Shown here: one piece after another, positions 16,909 through 25,761 of the stretch | Layout: each line of letters opens with the position of its first letter | Position numbering within the stretch: the stretch's first letter is position 1 | Origin: a virus | Lineage: Duplodnaviria; Heunggongvirae; Uroviricota; Caudoviricetes | Length of the DNA: 53,032 nucleotides | IMG/VR virus record: IMGVR_UViG_2541047822_000003 | Direction: 5' to 3' (one strand) | Program-made: the position numbers and the translations under genes | The notes under the pieces: model-generated | What the model saw: only the letters and a program-made list of their open reading frames with translations | Told to the model about the DNA's origin: nothing | The model's database searches: none

Positions 16909-16998
16909 GTGCTGGTTCTCAAATGTGCGCTAGCTATTGCGGCTGTAATGGCAATTTATTGTCTTGCTGTTGTTCTTATGGAGCGGCTTTCTGATTGA
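16909..16998 (+). CDS. Candidate small hydrophobic peptide (29 aa, type I toxin-like)
   Basis: GTG start 5 nt after a perfect AGGAGG (16898-16903); product MLVLKCALAIAAVMAIYCLAVVLMERLSD is one predicted TM helix with a charged tail. Speculative; overlaps a 74-aa Cys-rich frame that I rejected. Confidence 0.3.
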   Translation: MLVLKCALAIAAVMAIYCLAVVLMERLSD

Positions 16999-17145
16999 TT
17001 ACATACTGGCTAGAAAAAAGGTGTTACCTTGGTTTATCTTTGTCCGGCAAGGTGCGCTCATTAATCTTAAGTAAATTTATTGCTCAAGTATTCAGATTAC
17101 TTCTTATGGTTGAAGTCTCCTGTCAATGTAGAACCAATATATTTA

Positions 17146-17182
17146 CAAAAATGAGACCCGTCGGGGATAGCCCTGCCGGGTC
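17146..17182 (-). terminator. Rho-independent terminator-like hairpin downstream of the 17213-17551 gene
   Basis: GACCCG...CGGGTC stem followed by a T-run on the minus strand (plus-strand caaaaatga). Confidence 0.45.
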
Positions 17183-17212
17183 TGACTGTTAAAGCATTTT
17201 TAATATGATCAT

Positions 17213-17551
17213 CTATTTTTTGGTGCTATAGACTTTTTCGCCCGAGAAGTCTGGAGCGACCCAAAAGTTAATATTAAACTGAGCATCATCGCTTAGTTCA
17301 ACACGGTGCCAGTATTGTGGTGGGCTTGTTGCAAAAGCGCCAGCATTAATGACTACTTTTATCTCCGGTTCAGTAGCATTCTCATCAGTAAAACCATAAT
17401 ATGTTACAGTGCCTTCCATTACGCACAACTGCCCAAAAACACCTGCTGCTGTATTATGATGTGTTAATAACGCTGAAGGTACGTTCTCTTTTGTGAAGAA
17501 CGGAGTTGAGCGTTTGATTACCCAATCTTTAGGAATTCTCTTGTGTGTCAT
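17213..17551 (-). CDS. Small conserved protein, possibly cupin/DUF1971-like (function unknown)
   Basis: ORF 17213-17575; start at ATG 17551 (MTHKRIPKDW) with strong GGAGG RBS; family assignment is tentative. Confidence 0.6.
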   Translation of the reverse strand: MTHKRIPKDWVIKRSTPFFTKENVPSALLTHHNTAAGVFGQLCVMEGTVTYYGFTDENATEPEIKVVINAGAFATSPPQYWHRVELSDDAQFNINFWVAPDFSGEKVYSTKK

Positions 17552-17876
17552 AACCACCTCCTCAAAAACATGCATTATAAATGCGTGTTTTTGAGGGTTA
17601 TGTCAAGCTGTTATGAAACACATAATTGATATGTTGATTAGAGGAGAAGATATAATAAATATGGTTGTTTTTCGTATAACTATTTGTTTTACTTTTAGTT
17701 TATGCATTCTGTGTGTTAGGAATAAGTTATTAAAGTTTAATCAAAAAATCTCGATGTAGTCCACATAGATTATTGTTACTGAACCTTACTGTGTGTATTA
17801 GTTGTGTTCTGAAATTTCAGCTTAATTATTTATGATGTATTTTTTAACGATAAATATTTTCCCAGGATACCTTTAC

Positions 17877-17903
17877 TGTGTATATAAATAAATTATATAC
17901 ACA
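17877..17903. repeat. Perfect 10-bp inverted repeat TGTGTATATA-aataaat-TATATACACA in an AT-rich ORF-free region
   Basis: Read directly inside the ~780-bp AT-rich segment 17580-18360, which has no convincing ORF. Confidence 0.6.
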
Positions 17904-18364
17904 TAAATAATGTAAAGGCGTCCTTTTAGATATATCTTATCAAATGTTAATGACTTGAGTGGGAAATATGATTCCAGCAACTTATCATGTGGCTACTTTA
18001 TAAAAATAATGCCCATATAAAACAACAAGCGAAAAGGATTACGGATAAAAAAGGAGCGAGATGTGCGAACTTGTTATTTTCCATGTTTAACCACCTTAAA
18101 TAATTGATGATGACGGGATGATTGCATCTGTAATGCTTTTATTGAAATGTTATGATAAAAAAGAACTTTTGCATAACATTAAAATGTAATTTATCTAATC
18201 GTTTTTAATAATAAATGTCGTATTTCTATCCTTGTACCAGCTATTTGATATGTAGTGTTTGTTCATGCTATGTGGGGCTTTACACCATAGCCAGTTTATT
18301 TATACTTTATTCGTCAGCCTGAACAACTGGCATCTGCTGCGCTGCGCCATCGAGAGATTGAGAA

Positions 18365-18964
18365 ATGGCGCATATACAACTGGTCAAACAAACTTCTTCT
18401 GGTTTACTTCTCCCGGCGACGCCGGAGAGTTGCGATTTTCTGCATCAAATCAAAATAGGTGAGTGGATACACGCAGACTTTAAGCGTGTGCGTAACTACG
18501 CATTCCACAAGCGTTTTTTCAAACTCCTGCAACTGGGATTCGATTACTGGACTCCGGTCGGTGGGGCGATCACGCCTCGCGAACGAGAACTGCTGTCTGG
18601 TTTCGTTGATTACCTGTGCGAATCAGTTGGTCGGGAACACACGCCAGCCCTGAGTGATGCCGCAGAGCAATACCTTAACACCGTTGCGACTCGTAGAACC
18701 CGGGATACGGCGTTGCTAAAGTCGTTTGAGGCTTTCCGCGAGTGGGTAACCATTCAGGCCGGATTTTACACCGAGCATATTTATCCGGACGGTAGCCGTG
18801 GGCGTCGGGCAAAATCCATCGCTTTTGCGAATATGGACGAAGTCGAGTTTCAGCAGGTTTATAAATCTGTACTGAATGTGCTGTGGAACTGGATTCTGTT
18901 TCGTAAATTCTCCTCTCAGGAGGAAGTTGAAAATGTGGCCGCACAACTACTGGAGTTTGCGTAA
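18365..18964 (+). CDS. nin-region protein, NinB/YbcN-like (putative recombination/DNA-binding)
   Basis: 199-aa ORF at the head of a three-gene block ending in the Q-like gene; assignment by position and weak motif resemblance. Confidence 0.5.
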   Translation: MAHIQLVKQTSSGLLLPATPESCDFLHQIKIGEWIHADFKRVRNYAFHKRFFKLLQLGFDYWTPVGGAITPRERELLSGFVDYLCESVGREHTPALSDAAEQYLNTVATRRTRDTALLKSFEAFREWVTIQAGFYTEHIYPDGSRGRRAKSIAFANMDEVEFQQVYKSVLNVLWNWILFRKFSSQEEVENVAAQLLEFA

Positions 18965-19254
18965 TGGTGAATTTACGTAAAGCGGCTAAAGGCCAGATGT
19001 GCCAGATCAGAATCCCTGGCTACTGCAATCACAATCCCGAAACCTCTGTGCTGGCGCATTACAGGCTGGCGGGGACGTGCGGAACAGCGACAAAACCACA
19101 CGATATGCAGGCGGCGATAGCCTGTAGCTCATGCCACGATCTAATCGACGGGCGGGTAAAAACCAGCGATTACACCAAAGAAGAATTGCGCCTGATGCAT
19201 GCTGAAGGGGTTTTTCGCACACAAGAAATCTGGAGAAAGAAAGGTCATTTATGA
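18964..19254 (+). CDS. Small Cys/His-rich protein, YbcO/DUF1364-like (putative nuclease)
   Basis: 96 aa with CxxxxxxxC ... H ... CxxCH pattern (MVNLRKAAKGQMCQIRIPGYCNHNPETSVLAH...ACSSCHDLIDGR); stop overlaps the next gene start (ATGA). Confidence 0.55.
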   Translation: MVNLRKAAKGQMCQIRIPGYCNHNPETSVLAHYRLAGTCGTATKPHDMQAAIACSSCHDLIDGRVKTSDYTKEELRLMHAEGVFRTQEIWRKKGHL

Positions 19255-19793
19255 TTTACCCAACGAATACAGGAAAAAGCGGAGAACACCTTCGCCTCAC
19301 CACGCTGGAAAGTGTCTGGATTCAGGGAAAACTACGTATGTGGGGGCGCTGGTCGTATATTGGCGGTGGCAGGTCAGGGAATATGTTCAATCAGTTGTTG
19401 GCATCCAAAAAACTGACGAAAACAGCCATTAATGAAGCCCTGCGCAGAATGAAAAAAGCGGGAATAGAGAAAGCTGAGCTGGAAGCGTTTTTGCGAGAGA
19501 TGATCAACGGCAAGCAAAAGAGCTGGCTGGCGCATTGTACTGATGCAGAGGCGTTATGTATTGATCGAGTCATAAGTGAGGTGCTGGCAGAGCATCCAGG
19601 ATTGATTTGCATTCTCCGGCAACGCTATGAAGGGCGGGGGATGACTAAGCGCAAAATGGCTGAATTGCTAAATGATGCACACCCAGAGTGGTGTTTTAGC
19701 ACATGCGAAAAACGGATTGCTAATTGGTTAGCTGTTGCTGAGTATGCCCTATATATTCCCATGCGTGAATCATTTGCTGAGAAAATGGCTTGA
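19251..19793 (+). CDS. Late-gene antitermination protein Q-like (phage 21/82/P22 gp23 family)
   Basis: 180 aa, contains RMWGRWSY resembling the conserved WGxW segment of Q21-type antiterminators; followed by a strong terminator 80 bp downstream and located upstream of the lysis cassette. Confidence 0.55.
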   Translation: MIYPTNTGKSGEHLRLTTLESVWIQGKLRMWGRWSYIGGGRSGNMFNQLLASKKLTKTAINEALRRMKKAGIEKAELEAFLREMINGKQKSWLAHCTDAEALCIDRVISEVLAEHPGLICILRQRYEGRGMTKRKMAELLNDAHPEWCFSTCEKRIANWLAVAEYALYIPMRESFAEKMA

Positions 19794-19873
19794 TTTCTTA
19801 CGTATAAACTGCTTCAATTTTGCTATGCTTCGCAAAGCTGTATCGCGAGGCGGATTGCAGACATGGACATCGT

Positions 19874-19900
19874 AAAAAAACCGCTTAATGCGGTTTTTTT
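19874..19900 (+). terminator. Bidirectional Rho-independent terminator (candidate tR')
   Basis: AAAAAAACCGC-ttaat-GCGGTTTTTTT read directly, downstream of the Q-like gene. Confidence 0.8.
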
Positions 19901-20220
19901 ACGTCAGGAAAGCAGGGGAGAATGCTGCTAGTTGGGCAACTGGTCTTTCTGCTCCAAATTATAACAGAGACCAGTTATAGTTTCGGTGCTGTGTTTTTTT
20001 TACAATATTGTGATAACACATTGCTGGCGGGAGTTTTGATATTTCTTGGCAGGGGCTGATGATGCGTTATCCTGATGTCGTCAACTCATATAAAATGAGA
20101 TGAGAGATCATTGCAGGGTGGTTTGTAATTCGCTGTTTAGCGGGACAATATGTTGTCTGATACAAGACACCCGACGCCTCAGATTACTATAATAAAGACG
20201 AAGCATCCTTTGTATTGACC

Positions 20221-20246
20221 AACCGCCTGTTTAGGCGGTTCTTTTT
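20221..20246 (+). terminator. Rho-independent terminator
   Basis: AACCGCCT-gttt-AGGCGGTT followed by CTTTTT. Confidence 0.7.
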
Positions 20247-20837
20247 GGGCTGGTTTATTGTATGCCAAATGATTATTAAAAAGGTTGTGTTAATAACAAA
20301 ATCCGAAATAATATGCCTGCATATTTTTATCTTGCTTATATTCTGCATATTGTGCATAGCAGGCTCATCCCTGCAATCAAAACTGTATGATGAGTATTTT
20401 TTGTTTTCCTTTTTTCCAGTCATCTGATGATGACCTGCTTCTTTTTAATCCGGATCGACATCAGTTTTTTAAGATAATTCCTGCGAGTTATATGCATAAA
20501 TACCACAAACTCCGCATTTTATGTGGTTGGGAGTTGCCGGGTGCGCAGTGAGTTTGCTAAGAAAACTCCTGCATGGTGAATCCCCCTGTGCGGTGGGGTG
20601 ATACCATTAACCTTTTCTGTCGCCGACAGGTATCACGAACATTTTGTTCACCGGGAGGCACCCGGCACCATGCACTTCAATAGATTCTCTCCACATTATG
20701 GATATTCTTTCAGAATATCCCACGCAGACTTTGTGTAAATGTTAACAAATGTGCGTTTTATTTGATCTGATTCGCTGTTTGAGCGTCCAAAACAACGGTA
20801 TATATAATCCTTTACTATATGACATATGTGAGGAAAA

Positions 20838-21266
20838 ATGGGTTTTCGTAGCGCATCAATTCTTACGTTGATTATTAGTGGGATTATTATCGGGTGCACT
20901 GATGCTGTATCGACAAATTATCATGACCGTACATCATATTACTCCGATAAAGCAATAGAGACACAGTATGTGAGTTCATCTGAACGTACTTCTGATGTTA
21001 GTGAGGATATCCGTCTGTATGCCCATCAAATCAAGAGCGCCATCGAAAAACAGTTCGGGGATGCGAGTAAGTATTCAGGAAAAGAGTGTACACTGAGAAT
21101 GCATATGGCCCCGAATGGCCTTCTACTGGAGGTTAAAAGAGAAAGTGGAGACCTCGATTTATGTCGTGAAGCGATGAATGCGATAAAGAATGCTGATATA
21201 CCTGCCCCCCCTTCGCCGGAAGTATATAAAGTATTTCAAAATGGGGTGCTGGATTTTAAACCCTGA
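20838..21266 (+). CDS. Lipoprotein with a TolA C-terminal (domain III)-like domain
   Basis: Lipobox IIGC; C-terminal ~85 aa (YAHQIKSAIEKQFGDASKYSGKECTLRMHMAPNGLLLEVKRESGDLDLCREAMNAIKNADIPAPPSPEVYKVFQNGVLDFKP) closely parallels the E. coli TolA C-terminus as I recall it, including the terminal LDFKP. Confidence 0.8.
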   Translation: MGFRSASILTLIISGIIIGCTDAVSTNYHDRTSYYSDKAIETQYVSSSERTSDVSEDIRLYAHQIKSAIEKQFGDASKYSGKECTLRMHMAPNGLLLEVKRESGDLDLCREAMNAIKNADIPAPPSPEVYKVFQNGVLDFKP

Positions 21267-21416
21267 TATTTATTGTTTTGTAATAAACGGTTTCGGCTTA
21301 GGTTTGTTCTGACACAGCTACGGCACTGAGCTAAATTTAGCGGATAGTCAGCTCTGAGCCAGTGGCGGACGTAACAACTACTATTGCTGAGATTTTAATG
21401 GATTGAGGAGCAAGAA

Positions 21417-21812
21417 GTGGGATTAAAGAAAATCGTTATGTTGACTTTTTGGGTCGGTTTTGTTGCGGGATGCACACCTTTACACCCTTCAGATTGCCAC
21501 AAAACTACTGCTACAGGTAGTTGCAGTTCAGGACGCTGGGATGATCAGGATGAATGGGGGGCGCAAGCGCGGGGAATCAGAGCTGCAATTAATGCCAAAC
21601 TTGATGAGCCGCATAACTGGAAAGGGAAAAAATGCAGGTTGCATATGGAATTCTCTCAGGATGGCACGGCGTTAAAAATATCTACCAGTAACGGTGATAA
21701 AGCCTATTGCGAAGCGATAAAGTCCGCAGCTCATAAAGCCAAATTTCCGGCCTTCAACAATCCGGAAGTCTACAGAGATTTTCAGAAATCTGGCTTTGAC
21801 ATGCGAGGTTAG
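21417..21812 (+). CDS. Lipoprotein, divergent paralog with TolA C-terminal-like domain
   Basis: Lipobox VAGC; conserved Cys pair and K-x-x-A-x-x-P-x-x-x-PEVY motif (KKCRLHMEFSQDGTALKI...YCEAIKSAAHKAKFPAFNNPEVYRDFQ) matching the upstream paralog. Confidence 0.7.
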   Translation: MGLKKIVMLTFWVGFVAGCTPLHPSDCHKTTATGSCSSGRWDDQDEWGAQARGIRAAINAKLDEPHNWKGKKCRLHMEFSQDGTALKISTSNGDKAYCEAIKSAAHKAKFPAFNNPEVYRDFQKSGFDMRG

Positions 21813-22063
21813 CTCTTCAATTACTATATCTCATTCATAGCAAACTGACAGATTTGATGATGTTCTATATACGAAACCTGTGATGTCAAGTCTGAGCTAA
21901 TACAAATAAACATAATATCAGAGAAATACATTTTATTAGCTCGCTACGGCGAGCTTTTTATATTGCATCGTCTCCAGCATATATATTAATTAAGGCTCTG
22001 ATTGATGTGTCTGAAAGCCTACACATAATAACTATGCCATCCGTTCCGTGCGGAGGTGAGGCT

Positions 22064-22279
22064 ATGAAATCCATGGACAAAATTTCAACAGGCATTGCCT
22101 ACGGCACCTCCGCAGGCAGTGCTGGCTACTGGTTTTTACAGTTGCTCGATAGAGTAACTCCGTCACAGTGGGCTGCAATCGGTGTGCTGGGTAGTCTGGT
22201 ATTTGGCCTGCTGACGTACCTGACAAACCTTTATTTCAAGATTAAAGAAGATAAGCGCAAGGCTGCGAGAGGTGAATAA
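22064..22279 (+). CDS. Holin, phage-21 S-type (pinholin) with dual-start motif
   Basis: ORF 22007-22279; start at [14 protein letters not shown] (ATG 22064, GGAGGTGAG upstream); 71 aa with two TM segments; MK-SMDK dual start as in S21. Confidence 0.8.
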   Translation: MKSMDKISTGIAYGTSAGSAGYWFLQLLDRVTPSQWAAIGVLGSLVFGLLTYLTNLYFKIKEDKRKAARGE

Positions 22280-22776
22280 TGCCTCCATCATTACGAAAAG
22301 TCGTTGCTGCTGCTATTGGTGGCGGAGCAATTGCCATAGCATCTGTGTTAATCACTGGCCCAAGTGGTAACGATGGTCTGGAAGGTGTGAGACATAATCC
22401 TTACAAAGACATAGTTGGTGTATGGACTGTATGTTACGGGCATACAGGAAAAGACATCATTCCCGGTAAAACGTATACCGAAGCAGAATGCAAAGCCCTC
22501 CTGAATAAAGACCTTGCCACGGTCGCCAGACAAATTAACCCGTACATCAAAGTCGATATACCGGAAACAACGCGCGGCGCTCTTTACTCGTTCGTCTACA
22601 ACGTGGGTGCTGGCAATTTCAGAACATCGACGCTTCTTCGCAAAATAAACCAGGGCGATATCAAAGGCGCATGTGACCAGCTACGTCGCTGGACATACGC
22701 TGGCGGTAAGCAATGGAAAGGGCTGATGACTCGCCGTGAGATTGAGCGTGAAGTCTGTTTGTGGGGGCAGCAATGA
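22279..22776 (+). CDS. Endolysin (lysozyme-type, SAR signal-anchor-release N-terminus)
   Basis: 165 aa; Gly/Ala-rich N-terminal TM segment ([18 protein letters not shown]) followed by a lysozyme-like domain; start overlaps the holin stop. Confidence 0.8.
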   Translation: MPPSLRKVVAAAIGGGAIAIASVLITGPSGNDGLEGVRHNPYKDIVGVWTVCYGHTGKDIIPGKTYTEAECKALLNKDLATVARQINPYIKVDIPETTRGALYSFVYNVGAGNFRTSTLLRKINQGDIKGACDQLRRWTYAGGKQWKGLMTRREIEREVCLWGQQ

Positions 22777-23237
22777 GCAGGTTAACCGCGATTATCTCCG
22801 CTCTGGTTATCTGCATCATCGTCTGCCTGTCATGGGCTGTTAATCATTACCGTGATAACGCCATCGCCTACAAAGAACAGCGCGACAAAAATGCCAGAGA
22901 ACTGAAGCTGGCGAACGCGGCAATTACTGACATGCAGATGCGTCAGCGTGATGTTGCTGCGCTCGATGCAAAATACACGAAGGAGTTAGCTGATGCGAAA
23001 GCTGAAAATGATGTTCTGCGTGATGATGTTGCCGCTGGTCGTCGTCGGTTGCACATCAAAGCAGTCTGTCAGTCAGTGCGTGAAGCCACCACCGCCTCCG
23101 GCGTGGATAATGCAGCCTCCCCCCGACTGGCAGACACCGCTGAACGGGATTATTTCACCCTCCGGGAACGACTGGTAATGATGCAGGCCCAACTTGAAGG
23201 TGCTCAGCAATACATAACCGAGCAGTGTTTAAAGTAA
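22773..23237 (+). CDS. rzpR: Inner-membrane spanin Rz (intact; pseudogene rzpR in K-12)
   Basis: ORF 22761-23237; start at [19 protein letters not shown] (N-terminal TM then coiled-coil); follows the endolysin. Confidence 0.8.
   Translation: MSRLTAIISALVICIIVCLSWAVNHYRDNAIAYKEQRDKNARELKLANAAITDMQMRQRDVAALDAKYTKELADAKAENDVLRDDVAAGRRRLHIKAVCQSVREATTASGVDNAASPRLADTAERDYFTLRERLVMMQAQLEGAQQYITEQCLK
22993..23178 (+). CDS. rzoR: Outer-membrane lipoprotein spanin Rz1, embedded in Rz in the +1 frame
   Basis: 61 aa [20 protein letters not shown]..., lipobox VVGC, proline-rich mature part; entirely within the Rz reading frame. Confidence 0.8.
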   Translation: MRKLKMMFCVMMLPLVVVGCTSKQSVSQCVKPPPPPAWIMQPPPDWQTPLNGIISPSGNDW

Positions 23238-23374
23238 AATCTTAACTACAATATGATTCATTTTGATGATTGTTTCATAAGGAACAGTGAAGTAAGATCT
23301 AAGAGGAGTTAAATTTTATACAGTATAATCATAATATTGCAGCAAGGTGGTTATAATTGAAAGAATATTTAGAT

Positions 23375-24832
23375 ATGAATACATCTCATGTAAGAGTTGT
23401 TACTCATATGTGTGGGTTCCTGGTTTGGCTCTATAGTCTTTCAATGTTGCCACCAATGGTTGTAGCATTGTTTTATAAAGAAAAAAGCCTGTTCGTTTTC
23501 TTTATAACTTTCGTTATATTTTTTTGCATTGGTGGCGGAGCGTGGTATACAACTAAGAAATCTGGCATTCAATTACGTACCCGTGATGGGTTTATTATAA
23601 TTGTAATGTTTTGGATTTTGTTTTCTGTTATTAGTGCATTCCCTTTATGGATTGACTCAGAACTTAATTTAACGTTCATTGATGCTCTGTTTGAAGGGGT
23701 TTCTGGAATAACAACAACAGGAGCAACTGTAATTGATGATGTTAGTTCATTACCTCGGGCATATTTGTACTATCGGTCACAGTTAAATTTTATAGGTGGT
23801 TTAGGAGTTATTGTTCTGGCGGTTGCTGTATTGCCATTATTGGGTATTGGTGGTGCAAAGCTTTATCAGTCAGAAATGCCGGGGCCATTTAAGGATGACA
23901 AACTCACTCCCCGCCTGGCCGATACGTCACGGACACTGTGGATAACTTATTCTTTATTAGGTATTGCTTGTATTGTCTGTTATAGACTTGCAGGAATGCC
24001 TTTGTTTGATGCTATTTGTCACGGGATTTCCACAGTTTCGCTTGGTGGTTTCTCAACTCATAGCGAGAGTATCGGATATTTTAATAACTATTTGGTTGAG
24101 CTGGTGGCTGGTTCTTTTTCCCTGCTATCGGCTTTCAACTTCACTCTTTGGTATATTGTTATTAGCAGGAAAACGATAAAACCTTTAATCAGAGATATTG
24201 AACTTCGTTTCTTTCTGTTAATAGCCTTAGGGGTGATCATTGTTACCTCTTTCCAGGTCTGGCATATAGGTATGTATGACTTGCATGGAAGTTTTATTCA
24301 TTCGTTTTTTCTTGCCAGCTCCATGCTCACTGATAATGGTTTAGCTACGCAGGATTATGCAAGTTGGCCCACGCACACGATAGTGTTTTTGCTGTTGTCA
24401 AGTTTCTTTGGGGGATGTATAGGTTCAACTTGTGGTGGAATTAAGTCACTTCGATTTCTTATACTTTTCAAACAAAGCAAACACGAGATAAATCAGCTTT
24501 CTCATCCCAGAGCGTTGTTGAGTGTAAATGTAGGAGGGAAGATAGTTACAGATCGTGTAATGAGGTCTGTATGGAGTTTCTTTTTTCTTTATACTCTCTT
24601 CACGGTGTTTTTTATACTGGTGTTAAATGGTATGGGATATGATTTTCTTACATCATTTGCAACAGTGGCTGCATGTATTAATAATATGGGATTAGGTTTT
24701 GGGGCTACTGCATCGTCATTCGGAGTGCTTAATGACATTGCAAAATGTTTAATGTGCATAGCTATGATTCTTGGTCGCCTTGAAATTTATCCTGTTATTA
24801 TATTGTTTTCAGGTTTTTTTTGGCGCTCCTAA
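23375..24832 (+). CDS. trkG: Potassium uptake protein TrkG (Rac cargo)
   Basis: ORF 23357-24832; start at MNTSHVRVVTHMCGFLVWLYSL; 485-aa polytopic membrane protein; AT-rich; recognised as Rac TrkG. Confidence 0.9.
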   Translation: MNTSHVRVVTHMCGFLVWLYSLSMLPPMVVALFYKEKSLFVFFITFVIFFCIGGGAWYTTKKSGIQLRTRDGFIIIVMFWILFSVISAFPLWIDSELNLTFIDALFEGVSGITTTGATVIDDVSSLPRAYLYYRSQLNFIGGLGVIVLAVAVLPLLGIGGAKLYQSEMPGPFKDDKLTPRLADTSRTLWITYSLLGIACIVCYRLAGMPLFDAICHGISTVSLGGFSTHSESIGYFNNYLVELVAGSFSLLSAFNFTLWYIVISRKTIKPLIRDIELRFFLLIALGVIIVTSFQVWHIGMYDLHGSFIHSFFLASSMLTDNGLATQDYASWPTHTIVFLLLSSFFGGCIGSTCGGIKSLRFLILFKQSKHEINQLSHPRALLSVNVGGKIVTDRVMRSVWSFFFLYTLFTVFFILVLNGMGYDFLTSFATVAACINNMGLGFGATASSFGVLNDIAKCLMCIAMILGRLEIYPVIILFSGFFWRS

Positions 24833-24969
24833 TATATGGCTGATTTATAATTGTGAGTTTAATATTATGTTGACTCACTCATTGATCCAATACCTAACTT
24901 TACCAGCAACCCCTCCGTCCCCAGTAGCACTGGCTGCTGGGGTGCGTTTTATTCATAAAGCAAGGCTGT

Positions 24970-25761
24970 ATGAGCGAGAAATTAAAGATAGTCTATCGCC
25001 CATTACAAGAATTGTCACCGTATGCGCACAACGCCAGGACGCACAGCCCTGAGCAGGTGGCACAACTGGTAGAAAGTATTAAGCAATTCGGCTGGACTAA
25101 TCCGGTGCTGATTGACGAAAAGGGCGAAATTATTGCGGGTCACGGTCGTGTTATGGCGGCTGAAATGCTCAAAATGGATTCTGTTCCGGTCATTGTTCTG
25201 TCTGGCCTGACGGATGAGCAGAAAAAGGCGTACCGCCTGGCAGATAATCGCCTGCCGATGAATGCTGGCTGGGATGAAGATCTGTTGCGGATGGAGCTGT
25301 CGGACCTAATCAATGCTGATTTTGATGTCTCCCTGACAGGCTTCATCCCGACAGAAATTGATGAACTGTTGACGGATGTTTTGCCCGGTACAGGAAATGA
25401 GGAGGAGCCGTATACGACGAAAATTGATACGCCTGTTTATGAGCCGTCGGGCGGTAAACCGGATATCAGTGAACTGTACGACGATACGAAAACTCAGGAG
25501 CTGATCAGCCGGATACGTTCGGCGTCCCTTGAGCCTGATATTGAGAAATTCCTCCTGTGTGCGGCAGAACGTCACACGGTGTTTAATTTCAGCAGAATTG
25601 CGGACTATTACGCTCACGCCCCCTCTGAAATTCAGTGTTTTTTCGAGGAGTCGGCGCTGGTGATCATTGATTATCAGCAGGCTATTGAAAATGGATTTGT
25701 CCGGATGACGCAGCGCATGGTGGAGATCATGCATGGTGGTGAGGAGGAGGAATATGCGTGA
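24970..25761 (+). CDS. ynaK: ParB-like nuclease domain protein (full-length YnaK-like)
   Basis: 263 aa; N-terminal ParB/Srx-like segment (LSPYAHNARTHSPEQVAQLVESIKQFGWTNPVLIDEKGEIIAGHGR); precedes the packaging genes. Symbol by synteny with Rac. Confidence 0.65.
   Translation: MSEKLKIVYRPLQELSPYAHNARTHSPEQVAQLVESIKQFGWTNPVLIDEKGEIIAGHGRVMAAEMLKMDSVPVIVLSGLTDEQKKAYRLADNRLPMNAGWDEDLLRMELSDLINADFDVSLTGFIPTEIDELLTDVLPGTGNEEEPYTTKIDTPVYEPSGGKPDISELYDDTKTQELISRIRSASLEPDIEKFLLCAAERHTVFNFSRIADYYAHAPSEIQCFFEESALVIIDYQQAIENGFVRMTQRMVEIMHGGEEEEYA

Noticed and set aside
16770-16994. 74-aa Cys-rich ORF (…CTSNTGGCRAGSQMCASYCGCNGNLLSCCCSYGAAF) that superficially resembles a Cys-rich toxin or RiPP precursor
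   Set aside because: GTG start with no convincing RBS; the Cys codons arise from reading GCT-GTT-GTT-type hydrophobic codons out of frame; the overlapping frame has a perfect AGGAGG RBS and encodes a coherent hydrophobic helix.
19900-20837. tRNA genes between the Q-like gene and the lysis genes, as often found in lambdoid phages
   Set aside because: No cloverleaf-compatible sequence with a GTTC-type T-arm and acceptor stem found by eye; only hairpins and terminators. A tRNA scan was not run.
20187-20899. Small ORFs (67-78 aa) in the AT-rich leader
   Set aside because: Mutually overlapping on opposite strands, spanning a terminator, with low-complexity Ile/Leu/Phe-rich products typical of AT-rich non-coding DNA.
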